Under the pieces are notes generated by a model. It had not been told where the DNA came from, made no database searches, and worked only from the letters and a program-made list of their open reading frames with translations. A program made the translations under genes and the position numbers. Source: an uncultured Rhodospirillaceae bacterium (GTDB lineage Bacteria; Pseudomonadota; Alphaproteobacteria; JAEULC01). From it: 64,000 nt of DNA. The DNA lies in contig CAZLBB010000001.1 of NCBI GenBank assembly GCA_964557415.1, positions 3,373 to 67,372 on the forward strand. The letters run 5' to 3'. Positions within the stretch are counted from its first letter, which is position 1; the number at the start of each line of letters is the position of its first letter. Below, piece after piece: positions 8,157-17,389 of the stretch.

Positions 8157-10319
8157 ATGTCGATCATGGATGCCCGCTATCAAGCAGTTTTCGACACGAT
8201 CGCCAAGGTGCGCCGCATCGAACACGAGGACGGCGTGACGCAGGCGGCGCTGGAGCGGATCAAGCCGGTGCTGATCGAGCTTGCCTCGCGCACCGAGCTG
8301 TTTCCGAAGGACCAGTTCGCGGTGCCCGACGGCAGTCATGGTCGCATCTTTCGGCTGGCCGAGGACGCCGATCACCGCTTCGCGCTCTATGCGTCGGCGG
8401 GATCGCCGGGCAAGGCGCAGCCGCCGCACAACCACACGACCTGGGCCGTGATTGCCGGCGTCTACGGCAAGGAGCACAACGTCTTCTACGAACGCATTGA
8501 CAACCGCTCAGTGCCGGGCGAGGGCCGCATCCGCAAGACCGGCGAGCTGACCGTGGTCAAGGGCAATGCCGTGTCGTTCCTGCCCGACGACTTCCATACG
8601 ATCGAGGTGCTGGGCCGCGAGAAGTCGCTGCACCTGCATCTTTACGGCCGCAGCCTGGAGCACCTGCCCGAGCGCATCAACTTCGCGACGTCCGAGGGCG
8701 GCGCCTACAAGATCTTCCCCGCCAGCCCCAACATCTCCACGCCCGAGGTCGCGCCGCAGGCGCTCAAGGCCATGATCCGCGACGGCGGGGAGCTGGCGAT
8801 CCTCGATGTGCGCGAGGAGGGCGTATTCGCGCGCGAGCACCTGCTGTTCGCCGTGCCGCTGCCGCTGAGCCACCTCGAGCTGCGCGCCGACGCCCTGGTG
8901 CCGCGGCGCGGGACGCGCTTGGTCGTGGTCGACGCGGACGGCGGCACCCTGGCGCAGCGCGCGGCCTACCGCCTGTTCGATCTCGGCTACAAGAACATCG
9001 CCGTGCTCAAGGGCGGCGTGCGCGGCTGGCAGAAGGCGGGCTACGAGCTGTTCAGCGGCGTAAACGTGCCGAGCAAGGCCTTCGGCGAGATCGTCGAGCA
9101 CAGATGCGGCACGCCGCGCATCGAGCCGACCGAGCTCAAGGCACGGCTCGACCGCGGCGAGGACATCGTCATCCTCGACAGCCGGCCGCTGGAGGAGTAC
9201 CGGCGCATGAGCATCCCCGGCGGCATCGACTGCCCGGGCGCGGAGCTCGTGTATCGCGCCTTCGACCTGGTGAAGTCGCCCGACACGCTGGTGGTGGTGA
9301 ACTGCGCCGGCCGCACGCGCAGCATCATCGGCACACAGTCGCTGGTCAATGCCGGGCTGCCCAACAAGATCATGGCGCTGAAGAACGGCACGATGGGCTG
9401 GCATCTGGCCGGGCTGAAGCTGGACCAGGGCAGGACGCGGCACGCGCCGGCACCGGGGCCGGAAGGCCTCAAGCGCGCGCAGGAGGCGGCCCGGCGCGTG
9501 GCCGAGCGCTTCGGCGTGCGCCGCATCGACCACGCCGGCCTCGCCCGCTTCCGCGCCGAGGCGAACAAGCGTTCCCTCTACGTGCTCGACGTCCGCACTC
9601 CGGCCGAGTACGAGGCCGGCCACCTGCCCGGCAGCCGCTCGGCGCCCGGCGGACAGCTGGTGCAGGCGACCGACCAGTATGTCGGCGCGCTGAACGCGCG
9701 GCTGGTCCTGGTCGACGGCGAAGCGGTGCGCGCGCTCATGACCGCGTCGTGGCTGACCCAGCTGGGCTGGGGCGAGGTCTACGTGCTCGACAAGGCCCTG
9801 GATGGGCAGGCGCTCGAGCAGGGCGCGGAGAAGGCGACCATGCTGGGCGACGACGGGCCTGTCGCGACGATCTCGGCCGACGAGCTCAACCGGCAGCGCG
9901 ACCGCGCGACCGTCGTCGACCTGGACACGAGCCTCAAGTACCGCGCGGCGCACATCCCCGGGGCGTGGTTCGCGATCCGCGCGCGACTGGCGGACACCGT
10001 CGCCAGGCTGCCGGGCGACGGCCCGATCGTATTGACCTCGCACGACGGCACGCTCGCGCGCTTCGCCGCGCGGGACCTCGCGCCAAGGACGGCGCGCAAG
10101 GTGCTGATGCTCGAAGGCGGCACCGAGGCCTGGCGCGCCGCCGGCTACCGGATCGAGGCCGACGACGAGCGCTGGGCCGACCCGCCCGAGGACGTCTGGT
10201 ACAAGCCCTACGAGAACCGCGGCGCGCCCGAGGAGAAGATGCGCGAGTACCTGACCTGGGAGGTCGCGCTCGTTCCGCAGATCGAGCGCGACGGGGACGC
10301 GAAGTTCCGCGTCGGATAG
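8157..10319 (+). CDS. Cysteine-dioxygenase-like cupin domain fused to four rhodanese domains (one with a catalytic Cys)
   Basis: ORF 8061..10319 trimmed to MSIMDARYQ, with an AGGGA SD upstream. The N-terminal ~190 aa contain PHNHTTWAVIAGVYGKEHNVFYER, a CDO-type cupin His-x-His motif, plus a downstream His. Four rhodanese modules follow. Only module 2 keeps the active-site loop VVVNCAGRTRS. Modules 1, 3 and 4 have Asp or no Cys at that position (VVVDADGGT, VLVDGEAV, VLTSHDGT). Confidence 0.8.
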   Translation: MSIMDARYQAVFDTIAKVRRIEHEDGVTQAALERIKPVLIELASRTELFPKDQFAVPDGSHGRIFRLAEDADHRFALYASAGSPGKAQPPHNHTTWAVIAGVYGKEHNVFYERIDNRSVPGEGRIRKTGELTVVKGNAVSFLPDDFHTIEVLGREKSLHLHLYGRSLEHLPERINFATSEGGAYKIFPASPNISTPEVAPQALKAMIRDGGELAILDVREEGVFAREHLLFAVPLPLSHLELRADALVPRRGTRLVVVDADGGTLAQRAAYRLFDLGYKNIAVLKGGVRGWQKAGYELFSGVNVPSKAFGEIVEHRCGTPRIEPTELKARLDRGEDIVILDSRPLEEYRRMSIPGGIDCPGAELVYRAFDLVKSPDTLVVVNCAGRTRSIIGTQSLVNAGLPNKIMALKNGTMGWHLAGLKLDQGRTRHAPAPGPEGLKRAQEAARRVAERFGVRRIDHAGLARFRAEANKRSLYVLDVRTPAEYEAGHLPGSRSAPGGQLVQATDQYVGALNARLVLVDGEAVRALMTASWLTQLGWGEVYVLDKALDGQALEQGAEKATMLGDDGPVATISADELNRQRDRATVVDLDTSLKYRAAHIPGAWFAIRARLADTVARLPGDGPIVLTSHDGTLARFAARDLAPRTARKVLMLEGGTEAWRAAGYRIEADDERWADPPEDVWYKPYENRGAPEEKMREYLTWEVALVPQIERDGDAKFRVG

Positions 10320-10329
10320 CGCTCCGGGC

Positions 10330-11148
10330 CTACTTCGGCACGACTTGCCGCGGACCCGGCCCGTCGTAGGTCCACAGGTACTCGCGCGGGATCGGGCCCT
10401 TGTTGCGGCCGCCCTGCTGCGATTGCTCCCAGGCATGCGCCAGGATGCCGACCGAGCGCGACAGCACGAACAGGCCGCGCGCGAGCGGCGCAGGGAATCC
10501 CAGCTCGCCGTAGACGGCAGCGGTGGCGCCATCGATGTTCATGGTGATGCGTCTGCCCTTGTTTTGTGCCAGCGCGGCGTCGATCGCGCGCGCCGCGGCG
10601 GCGACGTTGCCCGAAACGGCGCCCGATGCGACGGCGCGGTCGATCAACTCCAGAAGTCGCGGCGGGCGCGGATCCACCGTGTGAAAGCGATGGCCGAAGC
10701 CGGGCACGTGCGCGATGCCGCGCGCAGCCAGCGCGTCGATTTCGGCCGTAGCGGCATCGTCGAGCGGCGCGCCGTCGGCCTGCCGCTTCAGCACGGCCTC
10801 GTAGAGCGCGAGCGCCTGCTCGCCCGCGCCGCCATGCACGTCGCCCAGCACGTTGGCGGCCGAGGCCATGGCGCCGTTGATGCCGACTCCACAGGTGATC
10901 GCCATGCGGGCGATGGCGATCGAGGGCGCCTGCGGCCCGTGGTCGACGCCAGCGACCATCGCCGCACCCAGCAGGTCGGCCTGGGCCGGTGTCGGCAGCT
11001 CGCCCTTCAGCATCAGCCAGATCATGCCGGGGAAGCTGATATCGCCGATCAGGTCCTCGATCGGGTAGCCGCGGAAGCGGATGACGTTCGGGCGCATCTC
11101 GATGATCGAGGTGCGCCACCAGTCCTCGGCAGCGTTGCGCGTATCCAT
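10330..11148 (-). CDS. Citrate-synthase-like small protein (citryl-CoA lyase family)
   Basis: 272 aa. Citrate-synthase-like motifs MIWLMLKGELPTPAQ, VDHGPQAPS, GHRFHTVDPR and GILAHAWEQ. Last gene of the MBL/CoA-transferase operon. Confidence 0.75.
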   Translation of the reverse strand: MDTRNAAEDWWRTSIIEMRPNVIRFRGYPIEDLIGDISFPGMIWLMLKGELPTPAQADLLGAAMVAGVDHGPQAPSIAIARMAITCGVGINGAMASAANVLGDVHGGAGEQALALYEAVLKRQADGAPLDDAATAEIDALAARGIAHVPGFGHRFHTVDPRPPRLLELIDRAVASGAVSGNVAAAARAIDAALAQNKGRRITMNIDGATAAVYGELGFPAPLARGLFVLSRSVGILAHAWEQSQQGGRNKGPIPREYLWTYDGPGPRQVVPK

Positions 11149-11185
11149 GGGAGAGCCCTTTCTGCGAGGCGGACCGGTCGAGGCA

Positions 11186-12376
11186 TCAGATCGTCTTGTC
11201 GGCCCTCAAGGCGGCGATGTCGTCGCTCGAGTAGCCGAGCGAGGCAAGGATCGCATCGGTATCGGCACCGAGCACCGGCGGCGGCAGCTCGGGCGCCGGA
11301 TCGCCGCTGCGAAGCTTGAAGCCGGCGCGCACCATTGCGACCGGCCGGTCGACGCCGGCGACCTCGTCGAAGCGCGTGACCAGGCCGCGCTCGCGCACCT
11401 GCGCGTGCTCCAGCACCTCGGGGACCGAGAGCACCTCGCCCGCGGGCACGCCGTGGCGGTTCAGGAGCCCGGCCCAGTTGCAGGCCGAGTCGTGCGCCAG
11501 GCCCTTCTCGATCTCCGCCTTCAGCGCCGCACGGTTGACGAGGCGATCCTCGCGATGGGCGAAGCGCGGGTCCGCGATCAGCTCGGGCCGGCCAATGACG
11601 TTGCACAGCTTTTCGAACTGCGCCTGCTTGTTGGCGGCGATGTTCAATGGACCCTGCCCGGTCGCGAAGGTGCCGGACGGGCTTGCCGTCACGTTCTCGT
11701 TGCCCATGGGCTCGCTCTTCACGCCGGCGATCAGCCAGTTCGATACCGCCCAGCCCATCGCCACCAGCGTGGACTCCAGCATCGACACGTCGACGAACTC
11801 GCCTTTTCCGGTGCGCGCGCGCTTGAGCAGCGCGGCGGCGATGGCGAAGGCGGCCGTGATGCCGCCCATCGTGTCGGCGACCGGGTAGCCCACCCGCAAC
11901 GGCCCGCTCGCAGCGTCGCCCGTCACGCTCATGACGCCAGAGAAGCCCTGGATGATCTGGTCGTAGGCCGGGTTGTCGCGCAAGGGCCCGTCCTGGCCGA
12001 AGCCGGAGATGGCGCAATAGACCAAGTCGGGCTTGATGCGCTTGAGCGCGTCGTAGCCGAGGCCGAGGCGGTCCATCACGCCGGGCCGGAAATTCTCGAC
12101 CACGGCATCGGCCGTGGCGACCAGACGGCGGAAGATTTCCTTCCCCTTCTCGCTCTTCAGGTTGATGGTGATCGAGCGCTTGCCGGCGTTCTGCGCGAGG
12201 AACGATGCGCCCATCTTGCGCCGGTTGAGGTCGGGCGCCGCGCCCAGCTCGCGCGCGAGGTCGCCGATTTCGGGAACCTCGACCTTGATCACCTCGGCCC
12301 CGAGCTGCGCGAGCTGGAAGCAGCAGAAGGGCCCCGCCAGCACGTTGGTCAGGTCGAGAACCCTGAGGCCCCGCAT
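11186..12376 (-). CDS. CoA-transferase family III (second copy)
   Basis: ORF 11186..12904 trimmed to MRGLRVLDLTNVLAGPFCCFQLAQLGAEVIKVE. The start lies 18 nt after the MBL-gene stop. Confidence 0.85.
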   Translation of the reverse strand: MRGLRVLDLTNVLAGPFCCFQLAQLGAEVIKVEVPEIGDLARELGAAPDLNRRKMGASFLAQNAGKRSITINLKSEKGKEIFRRLVATADAVVENFRPGVMDRLGLGYDALKRIKPDLVYCAISGFGQDGPLRDNPAYDQIIQGFSGVMSVTGDAASGPLRVGYPVADTMGGITAAFAIAAALLKRARTGKGEFVDVSMLESTLVAMGWAVSNWLIAGVKSEPMGNENVTASPSGTFATGQGPLNIAANKQAQFEKLCNVIGRPELIADPRFAHREDRLVNRAALKAEIEKGLAHDSACNWAGLLNRHGVPAGEVLSVPEVLEHAQVRERGLVTRFDEVAGVDRPVAMVRAGFKLRSGDPAPELPPPVLGADTDAILASLGYSSDDIAALRADKTI

Positions 12377-12393
12377 CAGGTCGGCCACGCGCC

Positions 12394-13347
12394 CTACCCC
12401 TGCAGCGCCTTCCACATCTCGATGTCGCGTTCGGCGGTCCAGATGCGCGGGTCGGCGATGCCCGAGACCTCGTCGAAGCAGCGCGAGATGTTGAACGGCA
12501 GGCAGTGCTCGAAGATCACCCACTGCCCGTATTTCGGCTGCAGCGCCTTGTAGGCCTGCTCGAACACGCCCTTCAGGTCCTTGCCCGCCTTGACGCCCGC
12601 TTCGACCGTCCCGCGCATCTCGCGCAGGAAGCCGGCGGTCGCGGCGATCGCCTTGTCGCTGGCCTCGGCCGTCATCATCGCGTCGCCGCGCCCGGGCACC
12701 AGCTTCTCCGGCTTGAAGCCGCGCAGCTTCTCCAGCGTCGCCGGCCATTCCTTCAGATAGGCGTCGCCGCAATAGGGCGTGGTGCCTTCCTCGACCAGGT
12801 CGCCGGCGAACATCACGCGCTCCTTGGGCAGCCAGGCGATGGTGTCGCCCTTGGAATGGCCCTTGCCGATATGCCTGATCCGCACCTCGGTCTTGCCCAT
12901 CCACAGGGTCAGAGCGTTCTCGAATACGAGGTTCGGCCAGGTGAGCCCGGGCACCGACTCGACCGAGCGGAACAGGCGCGGGAAGCGCTGCACCTCGCTG
13001 TCGAAGTCCTGCTTGCCACGCTCCTTGATCAGCTCGTAGGTGCCCTGGCTGGCGATGATGTACTCGGCCTTGTAGGCCGAGGCGCCCATCACCCGCACGG
13101 CATGGTAATGCGTCAGCAGCACGTATTTGAACGGCTTGTCGGTGACGGCCCGGACGTGGCGGATGACATCCTCGGCCATGGCAGGCGTGGCCCGCGTGTC
13201 GATCACCATCACGCCGTCGTCGCCGATGATGACGCCGGTGTTCGGATCGCCTTCGGCCGTCAGGCAGTAGGCGTTGTCCGCCAGCTTGACGAATTTCTCC
13301 TGTTTCGCCGCCAGGTCGCCCTGCGACGCGAATGACTTGGGCGTCAT
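12394..13347 (-). CDS. MBL-fold metallo-hydrolase-like protein with a non-canonical metal motif
   Basis: ORF 12394..13419 trimmed to MTPKSFASQGDLAAKQ. Beta-lactamase-fold layout (VIDTRATP...LLTHYHAVRVMG...GKGHSKGDTIAW...FAGDLV). The canonical HxHxDH is replaced by HYHAVR. Confidence 0.75.
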   Translation of the reverse strand: MTPKSFASQGDLAAKQEKFVKLADNAYCLTAEGDPNTGVIIGDDGVMVIDTRATPAMAEDVIRHVRAVTDKPFKYVLLTHYHAVRVMGASAYKAEYIIASQGTYELIKERGKQDFDSEVQRFPRLFRSVESVPGLTWPNLVFENALTLWMGKTEVRIRHIGKGHSKGDTIAWLPKERVMFAGDLVEEGTTPYCGDAYLKEWPATLEKLRGFKPEKLVPGRGDAMMTAEASDKAIAATAGFLREMRGTVEAGVKAGKDLKGVFEQAYKALQPKYGQWVIFEHCLPFNISRCFDEVSGIADPRIWTAERDIEMWKALQG

Positions 13348-13467
13348 CCTTCCTCTCCGCGCGTGGTCCGTCCGGGCCGGATGCAAGACCAGGACGCGCG
13401 CGGCGTCAACCCAAAGCAAGCCGCGCCCAGCGGGGCTGCCCGCCGGGCGCGAGGCATCAGCTCAGGG

Positions 13468-13887
13468 TCAATGATGCGCGGAAACGCTCTTGACGCATTC
13501 CGTCACCAGGTCGCCGGGTGCCGCCTGGCCGAGATCGCCCAGGCTCAGCATGCCGACCATGCGCTTGCTCTTGTTGATGACCGGCAGCCGACGCACCCTG
13601 AGCTGCTCCATATGGCGCACCGCGCGGGCGAGGTCGTCGTCCTCGCGGCAGCAGTGGATGCCTTGCGTCATCACGTCGCGCGCCTTCATGCGCCCGGCAT
13701 CGGCGCCGTTCTGCGCCAGGCCTTTGCAGACGATGTCGCGGTCGGTCACCATGCCGATGAGGCGGTCGTTCTCGCCGATCGGGATGGCGCCGATGTCGTA
13801 CTTGCGCATCAGCTTGGCGAGCTCGACGACCGGGGTGTCCGGGTCGACCCATTCGACGCCCCTGTGCATCACTTCCTTGACTTTCAT
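13468..13887 (-). CDS. CBS-domain pair protein
   Basis: ORF trimmed to MKVKEVMHRGVEWVDPDTPV. Two CBS motifs (DIGAIPIGENDRLIGMVTDRDI, RRLPVINKSKRMVGMLSLGDL). Confidence 0.7.
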   Translation of the reverse strand: MKVKEVMHRGVEWVDPDTPVVELAKLMRKYDIGAIPIGENDRLIGMVTDRDIVCKGLAQNGADAGRMKARDVMTQGIHCCREDDDLARAVRHMEQLRVRRLPVINKSKRMVGMLSLGDLGQAAPGDLVTECVKSVSAHH

Positions 13888-13982
13888 GGCGGACCTCCAG
13901 TGCTGGAATTGCCTGCACGCGTTGCGCGCTGCAGCGCGGTCCCCCTGCCCCAGGCACGCAAGTATACAATGGCCCGGTCCGC

Positions 13983-14531
13983 GTGGCACGGGAACTGCTT
14001 CCCTGGGAGTCCGTCTTGCTCGTCGCTTTCGTTCTGTTCGCCGTCACCTTTCGGCTGGCGATGCTCGCGGTCTCGATCCGCAACGAAGCCCGGTTGAAGG
14101 AGGCCGGCGCCATCGAGATCGGCCGGCACAACAGCACCGTCCTGGCGGCGGCGCATGTCGCCTACTACGCGGCGGCGATCGCTGAGGGATTCGCGTTGCG
14201 CGACCAAAAGATCGACGCCGCCGCCCTGGCGGGCCTGGTGCTTTACCTGTTTGGCATGGTGATGCTGCTGGTCGTGGTCCGGTCGCTCGGGCGCCTGTGG
14301 ACCATGAAGCTGCTGCTGGCCGCCGACCATGAGCTCGTCGCCACCCCGTTGTTTGGGTGGGTGCGGCATCCGAACTACTACTTGAGCATCCTGCCCGAGC
14401 TTGCCGGCTTCGCGCTTGCCGTCGGCGCCCATGGCACGCTGCTGCTGGGCCTGCCGCTCTACCTCATTCCGCTCATCGTCCGCATCCGGCAGGAGGAAGG
14501 CGCCATGCGGGCGCGGTTCCCGCGCTATTGA
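13983..14531 (+). CDS. Isoprenylcysteine carboxyl methyltransferase (ICMT)-family membrane methyltransferase
   Basis: Polytopic membrane protein with the C-terminal RHPNYYLSILPELAGFAL...EEGAMRARF signature. Confidence 0.7.
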   Translation: MARELLPWESVLLVAFVLFAVTFRLAMLAVSIRNEARLKEAGAIEIGRHNSTVLAAAHVAYYAAAIAEGFALRDQKIDAAALAGLVLYLFGMVMLLVVVRSLGRLWTMKLLLAADHELVATPLFGWVRHPNYYLSILPELAGFALAVGAHGTLLLGLPLYLIPLIVRIRQEEGAMRARFPRY

Positions 14532-15427
14532 GCGCTCCCGCCGCCGAGCGCGGTCCAGGTCCTGCCACCGTCACGGCTGACTTGAACGGCCTGGGCGCGC
14601 GTGTCCGTATCCATCGTCACGGCATAGAGGACGTTCGGGTCCGCGGGGGAGTCCGTCAGGTGCAGGATCGCGTGACGCCCAAACCGGCCGTTTACGAGCT
14701 GCCAGTCCAGGCGCTCCTCCGCGGCACGTACCAGGCCGACCCCGAAAATGAAAGCGAAGATCGTGCCGCCCGCCGTCGTGTGCACGCTCGTCGCCGGCTG
14801 CCGCGCCGGATGCCCTGGCGCCCATCCGCGTCCGCCACCGCGGCTGATCAGCAGTCCGCGCTGCGTAGCAGCATAAACCGTGTCGCGATTCCTGGCCGAT
14901 GCGGCGAGCGCGATCAGTCCTTCCGGCGCCGGGCCGATGCGGGCCCAGCTGCGGCCACCATCCAGGCTGCGCTGCAGGTCGCCGTAGGAACCGTAGATCA
15001 CGTTGGGATCGGCCTTGCTCACATCCATCTGGTGAAAATCGACCGGCCCGCCGACGCCATCCGACAGCTTGGTCCAGTTGCGCCCGCCGTCAGCCGACAT
15101 CATGAAACCCAGATTGCCGCCGCCGACGGGATGTCCGCTCGCGTAGAGGACGCCCGGCTGCGACGGATGCGGCGTGAACCCCATGTAGTCGTCGCGCCCC
15201 TGCGAGACCCGCGTCGCCTTGCCGTCGGATGCGACCACGTAGAAGCCGTGATGCGTCGCCAGGTGCAGCCGCGACGGATCGGCCTGGTCGACCGCGATAC
15301 CGTGGAAATGCGTCGTTCTGGCTAGGGCGGTCACCGTCGTTTCCTCGGCCCGCGACGCATGCGCGCCGGCGGCCGCCAAGACGAGCGCGCCGAAGACAGG
15401 GCCGGCCATGCGCCGATCGAGTTTCAC
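14525..15427 (-). CDS. Secreted BNR/Asp-box repeat protein (F510_1955/Ycf48-like beta-propeller)
   Basis: Signal peptide MAGPVFGALVLAAAGAHA. Repeated S/DxDGGxxW motifs (SADGGRNW, SLDGGRSW, SRGGGRGW, SRDGGRTW). Ends overlap the ICMT gene by 7 nt, convergently. Confidence 0.65.
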   Translation of the reverse strand: MKLDRRMAGPVFGALVLAAAGAHASRAEETTVTALARTTHFHGIAVDQADPSRLHLATHHGFYVVASDGKATRVSQGRDDYMGFTPHPSQPGVLYASGHPVGGGNLGFMMSADGGRNWTKLSDGVGGPVDFHQMDVSKADPNVIYGSYGDLQRSLDGGRSWARIGPAPEGLIALAASARNRDTVYAATQRGLLISRGGGRGWAPGHPARQPATSVHTTAGGTIFAFIFGVGLVRAAEERLDWQLVNGRFGRHAILHLTDSPADPNVLYAVTMDTDTRAQAVQVSRDGGRTWTALGGGSAQ

Positions 15428-15718
15428 GCGTTATCCTCCAGGTTCGTCTCGTTTTCGCCGATTGGCGCCAATTGGGCAAGCCGATAGGCCCTGTTCGGCC
15501 CGGTGCGCCATGCTGCGGGTCGGCCTGCCGTTCCATTTCGATCCGATCGTCGTCCGACTCGCGCGGGAGAAGTGGGCGATACGGATCTCGAGATGCGGCG
15601 CGCACTCGATTGGCCGATGCACGCCGAGCGAGAATGATATAAGACCCGGCCCGATGGCAGACTCGGGTACAGCCTGGCGCCAACAGACCGTCTGCGCTTC
15701 CAATGCGGGACCGATGCC

Positions 15719-17389
15719 GTGACCGGGTCAACGCAAGCGCCAAGCGCGACACTGGCTGAGGGCTTCAAGTCCGTCGTGCAAGGGGCCACGGCCACGCATT
15801 GGCGCGCCGTCGCCGTCCTCGCCGTCGTGGCGCTGCTCTCGTTCCTTCCCGGATTCTTTCAAATCCCTCCCGTCGATCGGGACGAGGCCCGCTATGCACA
15901 AGCCACGAGCCAGATGCGCGAAAGCGGCAACTATCTCGACATCCGCTTCCAGAACGAGCCCCGCCATCACCAGCCGATCGGCATCTACTGGCTGCAAAAC
16001 GCCGCCCTCCAGCTTGCGGGCTATGGCGAGCGGGCACAGATCTGGGTCTATCGCATTCCTTCCCTGCTGGGTGCGGTCGCGGCCGTCGTCCTGACCTATT
16101 GGGTGGCGCTTGCACTGACGAGCCCGTCCGGCGCGTTCATGGCCGGCCTGTTCGTCGCGACCTCGGTACTGCTCGGGTTCGAGGCGCGGCTGGCCAAGAC
16201 CGATGCGGTGTTGCTGGCCGCCACGCTCGGCGCGATCGGGCTGCTGGCGCGCGCCTACATGGGCCACAGCCTGGGCGCCGGCAGGGCCATGCTGTTCTGG
16301 ATTGCCTTGGCGGCAGGCATGATGGTCAAGGGACCCATGATCCTGCTCGTCGTCGGCGCGACCGCGTTGGTGCTGTGCGCATGGGACCGTTCCGCGGCGT
16401 GGCTCAAGGCGCTGCGTCCCGCGCCGGGGATCGTCCTGATGCTGCTCCTGGTCATGCCGTGGTTCATCGCCATCGGCGTGCTGAGCGGAGGCGGCTTCTT
16501 CGCGCGCTCGGTGGGCAGGAATCTGCTCGGCAAGGTCGCGGCCGGCGACCAGGGTCACGGCGCGCCGCCCGGATTCTACCTCGCGCTGTTCTGGCTGACG
16601 TTCCTTCCGACCGCAGCACTGGCACCGCTCGCGGCGCGATGGACCTGGCATAACCTGTCCCTGCGGCCCGTCCGCTTCGGCCTGGCCTGGATCGTCCCGA
16701 CCTGGGTCGTGTTCGAGCTGATCGTCACCAAGCTGCCGCACTACGTGCTGCCCACCTATCCGGCGATCGCCATCCTGACCGCCGTGGCGCTGCTGGACGG
16801 ACGGCGCCCGGGCCGAATTCTCTCCTGCCTCGTCGTCGCCAGCGTCCTCGCCGCCGCGGCGACGGGGCCCGTGCTGCTCCACGTGCTCGAGGGCGGCTTC
16901 GCCCCGGCGGCCACAGCCATTGCACTCGCCGGGGTGGTCGCCGCCGCGCTGACGATGCGATACCTACGCGACCAGCCCGTCGCCATGGCGGCGGGGCTGT
17001 CGGCCGCTGCCGTGATGCTGCATTCCAGCGCGTTCGGCCTCATCGCGCCGCGCCTCGACAGCGTGTGGATGACGCCGCGTCTCGTCGCCGCGATCAAGCG
17101 TCACGCGCCCTGTCCTGAACCTGCTGTCGTATCGGCCGGCTATCACGAGCCGAGCCTGGTCTTCATGGTCGGTACTCACATCCGGCTCACCTTCGCCGAG
17201 GACGCGGCGCGCTTCCTGGTGTCGGGCGGATGCCGCGTCGCCCTGATCAGCGCTCGGGACGAGCGGGTCTTCCAGGCCGAACTCGCCGCCCAGGCAAGCG
17301 GCGCCGACCTGCGCGAGCGGGTCGTGGGCAATCCGATGGGCTCCGCGCGCCGCGAGAGCGTCGGCGTCTTCGTGCCCATGGTGCGATGA
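15719..17389 (+). CDS. Glycosyltransferase family 39/83 (ArnT/PMT-like, polyprenyl-phosphate-sugar dependent)
   Basis: 556-aa polytopic protein with the N-terminal PVDRDEARYAQATSQM (DExRYA) motif typical of ArnT/PMT_2 enzymes. Confidence 0.8.
   Translation: MTGSTQAPSATLAEGFKSVVQGATATHWRAVAVLAVVALLSFLPGFFQIPPVDRDEARYAQATSQMRESGNYLDIRFQNEPRHHQPIGIYWLQNAALQLAGYGERAQIWVYRIPSLLGAVAAVVLTYWVALALTSPSGAFMAGLFVATSVLLGFEARLAKTDAVLLAATLGAIGLLARAYMGHSLGAGRAMLFWIALAAGMMVKGPMILLVVGATALVLCAWDRSAAWLKALRPAPGIVLMLLLVMPWFIAIGVLSGGGFFARSVGRNLLGKVAAGDQGHGAPPGFYLALFWLTFLPTAALAPLAARWTWHNLSLRPVRFGLAWIVPTWVVFELIVTKLPHYVLPTYPAIAILTAVALLDGRRPGRILSCLVVASVLAAAATGPVLLHVLEGGFAPAATAIALAGVVAAALTMRYLRDQPVAMAAGLSAAAVMLHSSAFGLIAPRLDSVWMTPRLVAAIKRHAPCPEPAVVSAGYHEPSLVFMVGTHIRLTFAEDAARFLVSGGCRVALISARDERVFQAELAAQASGADLRERVVGNPMGSARRESVGVFVPMVR

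Noticed and set aside
8508-10532. Minus-strand 674-aa ORF
   Set aside because: Antisense to the CDO-rhodanese gene. Arg/Ala/Gly-rich and not protein-like.
12394-13347. Considered calling the MBL-fold protein a persulfide dioxygenase (ETHE1-like), to fit the sulfur theme
   Set aside because: Persulfide dioxygenases carry a canonical HxHxDH. This protein has HYHAVR, so the assignment is unsupported.
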